The notes beneath the pieces were generated by a model. That model searched no databases. It was not told where the DNA came from and saw nothing but the letters and a program-made list of their open reading frames with translations. The position numbers were made by a program, and so were the translations under genes. Positions 39,218-47,129 of a DNA stretch of 64,000 nucleotides are shown here, in pieces; positions within the stretch are counted from its first letter, which is position 1, and each line of letters opens with the position of its first letter. This DNA is from Patescibacteria group bacterium (GTDB taxonomy: Bacteria; Patescibacteriota; Minisyncoccia; Phycocordibacterales; CAIZLB01). The DNA lies in assembly GCA_040384865.1 (NCBI GenBank), contig JAZKIM010000004.1, positions 75,974-139,973 on the forward strand, written 5' to 3'.

Positions 39218-39664
39218 TTATTGATTTTTCAAAGTCCTCCTGATCTCGCGGTCAGAATCTCGCTTCTTGATCGTCTGACGCTTGTCGAAACGTTTCTTTC
39301 CGCGGGCAATACCTATTTCTATTTTAACCTTGCCCTTATTGTTGTACATGGAAATTGGCACTACTGTCAACCCCTTACCGGTTTCAATGTCTGCCAATTC
39401 CTTAATTTCTGATTTTTTGAGAAGTAATCGTCGGTTTCGTCCAGGTTCATAGCCCTTTGGTGTGTTATTCATCTGGAACGGAGGGATGGTGGCACCGGTG
39501 AGATATGCCTCGCCACCGCGGATTAATACATATGCACCTTCAAGTGAACCTTGGTGTGCTTTGACTGATTTGACCTCAAAACCAAAAAGCTCGATTCCAG
39601 CCTCATAGGCTTTTTTGATATCGTAGTTGAAGTGAGCTTTTTTGTTTTGTACGAATGTTGTCAT
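39218..39664 (-). CDS. smpB: SsrA-binding protein
   Basis: NKKAHFNY..EAGIELFGFEVKS..RRLLLKK..GKKRFDKR. Confidence 0.98.
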   Translation of the reverse strand: MTTFVQNKKAHFNYDIKKAYEAGIELFGFEVKSVKAHQGSLEGAYVLIRGGEAYLTGATIPPFQMNNTPKGYEPGRNRRLLLKKSEIKELADIETGKGLTVVPISMYNNKGKVKIEIGIARGKKRFDKRQTIKKRDSDREIRRTLKNQ

Positions 39665-39744
39665 GACGGGTGAAATGTAAAAGTATACAAAGTATAACAA
39701 ATGTAAAGCGCGCCGCTCGGAAGAATCCTTTGGCGGCGCGCGTT

Positions 39745-40152
39745 TCATTCACCGATGAACCGGAAGGATCTGGGTGAGAAGGCGAAGAGTCTTCGGGGAT
39801 CTCTCCGTAACCCTCCATTAAGCAGTAAGAATTCTGCTGCAATTAGCCTGTCTTCGAGGGCAAGGGTGACGATTACTTCTGCCATGAGCGCAAAGCGCGT
39901 ACCTTTTGGAAATTTGCTGACGTACGGTCGGTAGTGGCCATCACGTCGCATAAAGTCTTCAGGTTCAAAGTATGTTGCGAACCTTACTCCGAGGAAGTCT
40001 CCTGCCACGTGCCAGGGTAGGGGCGCTGAAAAACATTGTTTAGTTTGAGGAATCGCTATGATTTCAATCACCTTCCTTTCACCAAGGATATTGGTTCCTT
40101 CCATCCGAACCAAACCTTTTGTATTGAAAGCTTGGGGAACTATGTATGGCAT
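39745..40152 (-). CDS. Hypothetical protein
   Basis: 135-aa ORF followed by a GC hairpin at about 39707-39742. Confidence 0.55.
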   Translation of the reverse strand: MPYIVPQAFNTKGLVRMEGTNILGERKVIEIIAIPQTKQCFSAPLPWHVAGDFLGVRFATYFEPEDFMRRDGHYRPYVSKFPKGTRFALMAEVIVTLALEDRLIAAEFLLLNGGLRRDPRRLFAFSPRSFRFIGE

Positions 40153-40324
40153 GAAAAAGTTCGGCGTATTAGGCCTTTGGGAAAATTGCTTGAGCCGGTT
40201 CGTCGTTATGAAGAACTGAAGCCTCTGAGTATATAACCATATTAGATAATATTCATCAATGAGTAGTTTAAGGATGTCTTAATGGTAGCCAAGTAATGTG
40301 CATATATTGTATACTCGAACACAT

Positions 40325-42295
40325 ATGAAAACGCCACCACCTGAACAAAAACAACTTAAGAACTTGAAGAAAATGCCGGAACAAGAAGGGAATGGTCGAC
40401 CAATGTCGCGAAAAGGTCCGAAAAATCCTAAGGAACCAAAAAATATATTTTTCAATAACGTGGTTGGAACCATTGTTATCTTTGCCGCGATCATACTTTT
40501 ATATACTTATTCAGTAGTCGGCAGCACAAAAGCGGCAACTATCAGTGTTTCCGAACTGGCTTCAGATATTATTGCGGCAAAGGTTACATCTGTTGTTGTG
40601 TCCGGAGAAGATCTTGCTATTACTTATATCGACAAAACAGAAAAAGTTTCAAAGAAAGAAGCGCAGAGTTCTCTTTCAGAAACTTTAACTAACCTTGGCG
40701 TTCCAAAGGAGCAGTTGGCAACAGTGAAGATTGAAAACAAAACAGACGAAGGATTTGGATATTGGCTTGGAAATCTTTTACCGTTCATTTTCCCAATTCT
40801 TTTGTTCGGTGGAATGCTCTGGTTCCTTACGAGGCAGGCGAGAGGCTCTGGTATGCAAGCATTTAGCTTCGGACAGTCACGGGCACGTTTGACCAAACCT
40901 GAAGATGAGAAGGTTCGTATTACTTTCAAGGACGTAGCAGGCGCTAAGGAGGCAAAACAGGAATTGTCCGAGATAGTGGATTTCCTTAAAAATCCAAAGA
41001 AGTTTTTAGATATAGGTGCTCGCATTCCAAAAGGGATTCTTCTCATGGGTCAACCAGGTACTGGTAAGACATTGCTTGCTCGTGCTGTTGCTGGTGAGGC
41101 GAATGTTTCATTCTTCTCAATCTCTGGTTCTGAATTCGTCGAAATGTTTGTTGGTGTGGGCGCGTCTCGTGTGAGAGATCTCTTTGCTGTAGCAAAGGCA
41201 GCTGCTCCGGCAATCATGTTTATTGATGAAATCGATGCTGTCGGACGAGTACGAGGCGGGGGAACAGGCGGTGGTAATGATGAACGTGAGCAAACACTCA
41301 ACCAAATTTTGGTTGAAATGGACGGCTTCGAACCAAATGAAAAAGTAATTGTCATGGCAGCGACAAATCGTCCTGATGTACTCGACCCGGCGCTTCTACG
41401 GCCTGGCCGATTTGATCGACGGGTCACCATCGATCTCCCTGATCGAAGTGATCGTCTAGCTATTCTTGAAGTTCACGCAAAGGGCAAGCCTTTTGCTGAA
41501 GACGTGTACCTTCCACTCATTGCTGAGCGAACTCCTGGTTTTTCAGGTGCTGACCTGTATTCATTGGCCAACGAAGCTGCAATTTTAGCTGCTCGAGAAA
41601 ATCGCACCAAGATTTCTCAGTTTGATTTGATTCGATCGATTGAAAAAGTAATGCTTGGTCCTGAGCGACAAAGCCATATCCTTTCAATTCGAGAAAAAGA
41701 AGTAACTGCGTATCATGAAGCTGGTCATGCCCTTATTGCTTCACTTCTTCCGTTTGCGGATCCTGTACATAAAGTGTCTATCATCTCACGAGGGCGTGCT
41801 GCTGGATATACACTCAAACTTCCTCTTGAAGAAAGAAAACTACAATCTAAAAATGAGTTTCTTGATGATATCGCGGTCTCACTCGGTGGTTATGTTGTTG
41901 AAAAAAATATATTTAACGATCTTACTACAGGTTCATCAAATGATCTTCAGGTTTCAAGCGCTTTGGCTCGTGATATGGTCACTAAGTATGGAATGTCAGA
42001 CAAGATTGGCCCTATTGCCCTTGAATCAAGTGGAGGAAGAACCCTGATGGGAAGTATGGGTGTTGGTGACAGGGAATATTCAGAGTCAGTTAGTGCTTTG
42101 ATAGATGCTGAGGTATCAAAAATCATGAATGAAGCGTATGAACGGGCACTTAAGATCATTACGGACCATCGAGGGGCGCTTGACGGTATCTCAAAGGCTT
42201 TGATAGATGCTGAGACGTTGGAGCGAGATGAATTTGAGAAGTTATTGGTAGCGAACGGGATTGTCCCTAAAAAGAAAAGAGAAAAGGAAATTTAA
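40325..42295 (+). CDS. ftsH: ATP-dependent zinc metalloprotease FtsH
   Basis: Two TMs, [34 protein letters not shown]. Confidence 0.98.
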   Translation: MKTPPPEQKQLKNLKKMPEQEGNGRPMSRKGPKNPKEPKNIFFNNVVGTIVIFAAIILLYTYSVVGSTKAATISVSELASDIIAAKVTSVVVSGEDLAITYIDKTEKVSKKEAQSSLSETLTNLGVPKEQLATVKIENKTDEGFGYWLGNLLPFIFPILLFGGMLWFLTRQARGSGMQAFSFGQSRARLTKPEDEKVRITFKDVAGAKEAKQELSEIVDFLKNPKKFLDIGARIPKGILLMGQPGTGKTLLARAVAGEANVSFFSISGSEFVEMFVGVGASRVRDLFAVAKAAAPAIMFIDEIDAVGRVRGGGTGGGNDEREQTLNQILVEMDGFEPNEKVIVMAATNRPDVLDPALLRPGRFDRRVTIDLPDRSDRLAILEVHAKGKPFAEDVYLPLIAERTPGFSGADLYSLANEAAILAARENRTKISQFDLIRSIEKVMLGPERQSHILSIREKEVTAYHEAGHALIASLLPFADPVHKVSIISRGRAAGYTLKLPLEERKLQSKNEFLDDIAVSLGGYVVEKNIFNDLTTGSSNDLQVSSALARDMVTKYGMSDKIGPIALESSGGRTLMGSMGVGDREYSESVSALIDAEVSKIMNEAYERALKIITDHRGALDGISKALIDAETLERDEFEKLLVANGIVPKKKREKEI

Positions 42296-42298
42296 ATT

Positions 42299-42332
42299 AC
42301 TAAAATACCGCCTCTTGTGGCGGTATTTTAGT
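42299..42332 (+). terminator. Terminator after ftsH
   Basis: ACTAAAATACCGCC-TCTTGT-GGCGGTATTTTAGT. Confidence 0.88.
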
Positions 42333-42493
42333 CTGTGTTTTCTTGATCAAGATTCCATCATTAAGAACTCAACCCTAGTAGGTTTGACTTACAAAAATGG
42401 TTTTGGACATGGGATATGTCGGAAAGGAGTAAGAAGACAAGATCTTTTAGATTATGCACTACAAAGCCTCACCTTCTTGAGAAATGATTTATA

Positions 42494-42584
42494 GTGCCCT
42501 TGCGCGGTCTCGGAAAATGCAAGGTGAAACCCTAAAAGGATATTTAGAGGAAAATTTCTAAACTACTCTGACCCCTCTCGGCCT
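42494..42584. repeat. Cassette junction J3 (distal end of array)
   Basis: GTGCCCTTGCGCGGTCTCGGA..GTGAAACC..TATTTAGAG..CTCGG, with the same spacing as J1 and J2. Confidence 0.8.
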
Positions 42585-42588
42585 GACT

Positions 42589-43566
42589 TTATTTCAAAGT
42601 AAAGTATCCGGATTGCGTATAAATAGCAGGACCTTGCTTAATAGGAGAGCTATCGACTTCTATTTTGTATTTGCCGGCCGCTAGAGTTGTCGGGATTGAC
42701 CAGCTATAACTTCCTGTATTGCTTATATTAGTAGCAATCTTCTGAACTGATATGCCGCTCTCATTCAACAAATGAATATCTATTGGAAAATCAGTCTTAT
42801 TGACAGTATTCCATTGAATATTGATAGTCGTACCTCTTTTAAAATCGTCTGTGTTGTCTTCGGTATCAGGATAGATAAGGACAAGTTTAGGAGATGATAC
42901 GTCTGATGAGACTGTGGTCGAAGTGGTTACAATAGGAATTGATTTGAAAGTGGAAATAATTACTTTTATATCACTTAGGGCTTTAACATATTCGGCGTTA
43001 GAAGTTAATGAGTTCATACCAAAATAGATACTTGTATTCTGTGCTACATCAAAACTGAAGAAGTAGTCTGTCGTATTTGTCTTGGACGTAAAGCCTGTCG
43101 AGGTGTATTTCTTATCTCCCACTTGAACTTCTTCCTGTATTCTTATAGCTCCGATCCCCACGCCAGTAGATCCACAAGGATCATTGGCTCCGGAATTGAT
43201 GAGGATAAAACCAAGACCTTTTTTAATGGAGACACAAGATGAAGCATCAGTACCACTATCAACAGAAGTAACGACTGCATCTGATGGATACTGTATTGAG
43301 TAACCGTGTTTTGAATTGGTATAGGTTTTAAGAGTAGCTGAAACTGAAACAGAAGTATTTACCGTGTTTTGTTGAGTAACCGCAGATGGATTCTGAGTGG
43401 CGGTTTGTTGGGTTTCAACTGTTGCTTGTGTATTCGTATCTACTACTGGAACTGGCACTTCTACTTTTTTGTTTTCCTGATATACATATACTCCTCCACC
43501 AACTGCAAGTATTGCTATAATCGATAAGATCAAAGGAATAATAAAGCCGCTCTGTTTGTTTTTCAT
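42589..43566 (-). CDS. Cassette 3: membrane-anchored surface protein with pilin-like N-terminus, PsbP-like and Ser/Thr-rich Ig-like domains
   Basis: MKNKQSGFIIPLILSIIAILAVGGGVYVYQENK; YTNSKHGYSIQYPSD; NTGSYSWSIP. Confidence 0.75.
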   Translation of the reverse strand: MKNKQSGFIIPLILSIIAILAVGGGVYVYQENKKVEVPVPVVDTNTQATVETQQTATQNPSAVTQQNTVNTSVSVSATLKTYTNSKHGYSIQYPSDAVVTSVDSGTDASSCVSIKKGLGFILINSGANDPCGSTGVGIGAIRIQEEVQVGDKKYTSTGFTSKTNTTDYFFSFDVAQNTSIYFGMNSLTSNAEYVKALSDIKVIISTFKSIPIVTTSTTVSSDVSSPKLVLIYPDTEDNTDDFKRGTTINIQWNTVNKTDFPIDIHLLNESGISVQKIATNISNTGSYSWSIPTTLAAGKYKIEVDSSPIKQGPAIYTQSGYFTLK

Positions 43567-43626
43567 ATGGCTTAATATTAGCTTAATCAAAGGGACTTGG
43601 GTAGCAACTTACCAGCTTTAATCCAC

Positions 43627-43737
43627 CTCGGTCTATCTCACTAAAGGGTGCCCTTGCTCGGTCTCGGATTATGTAAAGTGAGACCACACAAGGGTTGTTT
43701 GGAAGATCTTAGGATGTCGAATTGAGGCACCTCAGTC
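43627..43737. repeat. Cassette junction J2
   Basis: CTCGGTCTATCTCACTAAAGGGTGCCCTTGCTCGGTCTCGGA..GTGAGACC..AAGGGTTGTTT..CTCAG. Confidence 0.85.
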
Positions 43738-43747
43738 GGGATCAAAT

Positions 43748-44695
43748 TTAAACCGCGAAAGAATTGTGCTCTTTTTCAGGGTAATCGTAATAAGGAGCTG
43801 CATTTTTACTCATTTGTAAATTGGGCACATGACCTCTCTTCTTAAGAAAGACAAGTAGGTCTAGTTGCATTGCCAAATCTGGAGAGATACCACTTACATA
43901 TCCATGAACTATTTGTGGATTATTGAATGCCAGTCGCTTGTTAAATTTAAGCTTTCTCTGACCATCAAAGGTATTATGGATTCCTTCTATGCTATTACCA
44001 AACCTTACTTGAGATACTATACCCGGATAGACTTTAAATTCTATATCGATACAATTAGTTTTAGATCTGATTTCTGAAGGCAGTCCATCATCAGTTCTGC
44101 CATATGGTACATAAGGTAAATTTAAATGAGAAAATATTATATCTTTTAATTCTTCGGTAAGATTAGGTATATGATTTTCCTGAAAATCGTCGTTGTGCAA
44201 TACAACGGCTCTTGATCTAAAGTACTCCTCTAAATCTGTTGATAATTTTTCATTATCATCTGTAAGAATATTTAGAGCAACACCATCTTCTGTAAGAAGG
44301 TAATCTGGGCAAACTTTTTCAACAATTTCTTTTTGTCCCTCTTTAAGTCTTTCAACTAACCAAGGATTATCGAGTAATCTACCTCCAGTAAATCGAGTGG
44401 CCCTAATACTATCTGCAATGGTGGAACGTCTATCACCATCTCTTTGTTTGCGTATCTCATCTAACAAAGCTTTTCCATCGTACAAGACAGCAAACCTTTC
44501 AGCGTTTCCATCTAGACCAGGATAGACTTCTGGCAGCATGAATCCTTTAAATTCGACAACCTGCTTTTCGCGCTCAGCGTCTTTATATTCTTTTGAATTC
44601 TGAACTTCTGAAAATTTAGTCTTTCGTTCAACATGGTCAGGAATATTCTTCAATTCTTTCGCTTTTTCATCTCGCCATTGCTGCCAATTTTCCAT
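43748..44695 (-). CDS. Cassette 2: hypothetical cytoplasmic protein
   Basis: 315-aa ORF with TAAGAT 6 nt upstream of ATG. Confidence 0.75.
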   Translation of the reverse strand: MENWQQWRDEKAKELKNIPDHVERKTKFSEVQNSKEYKDAEREKQVVEFKGFMLPEVYPGLDGNAERFAVLYDGKALLDEIRKQRDGDRRSTIADSIRATRFTGGRLLDNPWLVERLKEGQKEIVEKVCPDYLLTEDGVALNILTDDNEKLSTDLEEYFRSRAVVLHNDDFQENHIPNLTEELKDIIFSHLNLPYVPYGRTDDGLPSEIRSKTNCIDIEFKVYPGIVSQVRFGNSIEGIHNTFDGQRKLKFNKRLAFNNPQIVHGYVSGISPDLAMQLDLLVFLKKRGHVPNLQMSKNAAPYYDYPEKEHNSFAV

Positions 44696-44740
44696 GTCAG
44701 TATCTTAACTTAAAACCAACATTTTGTGTAATCTAAGCCT

Positions 44741-44852
44741 CTCGGTCTGTCTCACTAAAGGGTGCCCCCGCTAGGAATCGAACTTTTTATAATGAAGCGT
44801 TGTAAGGGTTATTTAGAGAATTTCAGTTTGGTAAATCTAGCCCGCTCGGTCT
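44741..44852. repeat. Cassette junction J1 containing a tRNA 3'-end fragment
   Basis: CTCGGTCTGTCTCACTAAAGGGTGCCCCCGCTAGGAATCGAAC (reverse complement includes GTTCGATTCCTAGCGGGGGCACC)..AAGGGTTATTTAGAG..CTCGGTCT. Confidence 0.85.
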
Positions 44853-44858
44853 AATCAA

Positions 44859-45836
44859 TTATCCCTGTTTCCATGATGAGGCAACCAATTCAATGGTTGT
44901 TTTATTGCTTATTCCTGAATCTATAACGACATACTTAGTTGAATTATAAACTTTATAGTACTCTATTGTATTTTGAGTGCCGCCATCAGTCATGCCAATA
45001 TTTTTTGTATACCATACCTCACCATTAAGTGTAACTTTCGTAGCGCTAGTCAAATCAATATATTTATTCTCAACAAGCGAAATATTGATTCGATCCGTAG
45101 TAGAAATAGTTTTATTAATTACCTGATCCGCCTTGCTTTTAGGGTAGGCTATCGTGAGTCCGATTACTGAATTAGCTTCCCATATATCCCAGTCAGAAGG
45201 ATAAGAGAATCCGTAGGATGATCCCGAGTAGGATTTTGTGCTAACTTGCTGATTGGTATTCGTATTTAGATCTAAAATAATTGGAACCTCTACTGTTTTA
45301 CTTGGCTCGATAGCCGCTGCATTTTCTGCAGTAAAGAGAATCTTCATTGGAGTACCAGATGGAATCCCTATGCCTCCATTGTTAAAATTAAGAACAAGCT
45401 CAAAAGAAGTTGTTTTGGCTGTCCAATCACTGACTCTTACAGGTACCGAAGTTCCAATAGGCTTCCATCCTTGATTTTCATAGTTGAAGAATAGTTGGGC
45501 TGTACCTGCCTGTCCTTCAAACATCTGCCAAGAACAGCCTGTTGCGCTATTATCAATCGTTCCTTTTACAGTTAGAGGGAAGGAGACTTTTGAATTAGCA
45601 GCAAGAGAGGTAACGACCAAGGCACACTTTTGTATTTGGCCGACGGTATTATTTTTCACAGGAGTTTCTTCTGTTTTTACCTGACTTTCGTTTGAAGTAG
45701 TTGTTACCGTATTATCAATCTCTATATTTTCAGCTACTTTATTTTCCTGATATACATATACCCCTCCACCAACCGCAAGTATTGCCACAATTGCCAAGAT
45801 CAAGGGAATAATAAATCCGCTTTGTTTATTTTTCAT
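44859..45836 (-). CDS. Cassette 1: surface protein with pilin-like N-terminus, Gmad2-like Ig domain and PsbP-like domain
   Basis: MKNKQSGFIIPLILAIVAILAVGGGVYVYQENK; WQMFEGQAGT; YGFSYPSDW. Confidence 0.75.
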   Translation of the reverse strand: MKNKQSGFIIPLILAIVAILAVGGGVYVYQENKVAENIEIDNTVTTTSNESQVKTEETPVKNNTVGQIQKCALVVTSLAANSKVSFPLTVKGTIDNSATGCSWQMFEGQAGTAQLFFNYENQGWKPIGTSVPVRVSDWTAKTTSFELVLNFNNGGIGIPSGTPMKILFTAENAAAIEPSKTVEVPIILDLNTNTNQQVSTKSYSGSSYGFSYPSDWDIWEANSVIGLTIAYPKSKADQVINKTISTTDRINISLVENKYIDLTSATKVTLNGEVWYTKNIGMTDGGTQNTIEYYKVYNSTKYVVIDSGISNKTTIELVASSWKQG

Positions 45837-45914
45837 ATCTTTAATCATAGCTTGGTTTTAGGTCTTTAGGTAACAACTTGCCAATTTCTACCCACCTCGG
45901 TAGGTCTCACAATC

Positions 45915-45991
45915 TGGTGCGCGTGCCTGGACTCGAACCAGGGACCGCCAAGGTATAAGCTTGATGCTCTAACCAGCTGAGCTACACGCGC
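45915..45991 (-). tRNA. tRNA-Ile(UAU)
   Basis: GCGCGTG-TAGCTCAGCTGGTTAGAGC-A-TCAAG-CT TAT AC-CTTGG-CGGTC-CCTGG-TTCGAGT-CCAGG-CACGCGC-A-CCA. Confidence 0.95.
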
Positions 45992-46050
45992 GTAGGGCCA
46001 ATAGTATAGTAAATATTTGAGTTTATCAATTCAAGGCGTATCATAGGAAA

Positions 46051-47067
46051 ATGAATGTTTTATACACTGTAAAATCAATCAAAAAAGAGCTTCTTAAGAT
46101 AAAACCCTCAAAAGTGGTTGTTGTTGTTTCGAATAATATACAAAATATCCAGTCAGGTATTGTAAAAGAGGTAGCGGTTCTTTCGAAAGCAATTAAAGTG
46201 ATTGCCGTCAACGACGGTGAGGATCTTAAAAGTTGGAAATCTATTGAGAAATTATTAACTAAGTTTTTAAAGCTTGGGTTGGATAGAAAAAGTCTGATTA
46301 TTGCTATCGGCGGGGGAAGTATAGGAGATGCTGTTGGTTTTGCCAGCTCGATATATCTTCGTGGTATACCGTATATAAACATACCAACCACTTTGCTAGC
46401 TCAAGTTGATAGTGCTCATGGTGGAAAGACTGGTATTAATTTTGGTTCATATAAAAATCAAATCGGTACGTTCCACGAATCAGTGGCAACGGTTATTGAT
46501 CCTCGTTTCATTCAGACATTATCTGAAGAAGAGATTGTTAGTGGCTTGGGAGAAATAATTAAAGCTGGTTATCTCGCTGATCCATCTATTTTGTTATCAT
46601 TACAAAAAGAAACTACTGCAACACTGGCACAGAGCAAAAAATTGTTAACCATAATTCGAAAGGCTATTGAAGTAAAACGTTATTGTGTATTGAAGGATTT
46701 TAAGGATAAGGGGGTTAGACAATTGCTAAATTTAGGACATACGGTTAGTCATTCCATAGAGTTAAAGTACAAATTGAGCCATGGGCGAGCAGTTATTATT
46801 GGCATGATGGAAGAGTTTGAAATGAGTGAGCGTGCTGGTTTGAGTAAAATCGGCCTAACCTCTTCTCTTAAGGTGCTTCTAGAAAAACTTGGTATTTCTA
46901 ACGAAAAGAAATATATTCCAGATTGGAACGCTGTCATGAAGGATAAGAAGGTAAGTGGTGAAAATCTTGAATGGCCGATCATTACGGAAATTGGAAAGGC
47001 TAATTTGGTGAAAGTTAGTTTAAATAATTTTAAGGATTTGTTTAAGGGCGGAAAGATTTATAATTAA
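46051..47067 (+). CDS. aroB: 3-dehydroquinate synthase (sugar phosphate cyclase family)
   Basis: GGGSIGDAVGF, PTTLLAQVDSAHGGKTG, LNLGHTVSHSIE, HGRAV. Confidence 0.88.
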   Translation: MNVLYTVKSIKKELLKIKPSKVVVVVSNNIQNIQSGIVKEVAVLSKAIKVIAVNDGEDLKSWKSIEKLLTKFLKLGLDRKSLIIAIGGGSIGDAVGFASSIYLRGIPYINIPTTLLAQVDSAHGGKTGINFGSYKNQIGTFHESVATVIDPRFIQTLSEEEIVSGLGEIIKAGYLADPSILLSLQKETTATLAQSKKLLTIIRKAIEVKRYCVLKDFKDKGVRQLLNLGHTVSHSIELKYKLSHGRAVIIGMMEEFEMSERAGLSKIGLTSSLKVLLEKLGISNEKKYIPDWNAVMKDKKVSGENLEWPIITEIGKANLVKVSLNNFKDLFKGGKIYN

Positions 47068-47129
47068 ATCTTCTGGGCGGAGAGGGAGAGTAGGTTCGGG
47101 CTTTTGGGAAATATAGTTTGTTTGGATTT

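Noticed and set aside
42261-42494. 77-aa ORF after ftsH
   Set aside because: Overlaps the ftsH end and its terminator, with no recognisable features.
42494-45910. CRISPR array or classical integron attC interpretation of the repeats
   Set aside because: Repeats are separated by ~1-kb genes rather than short spacers, and they lack the RYYYAAC...GTTRRRY attC ends.
47074-47090. TGGGCGGAGAGGGAG resembling a tRNA-Ser 3'-end (att) fragment after aroB
   Set aside because: Only about 12 of 14 bases match, and the interval to tRNA-Ser contains the core genes recG and mutY, so an island boundary is not supported.
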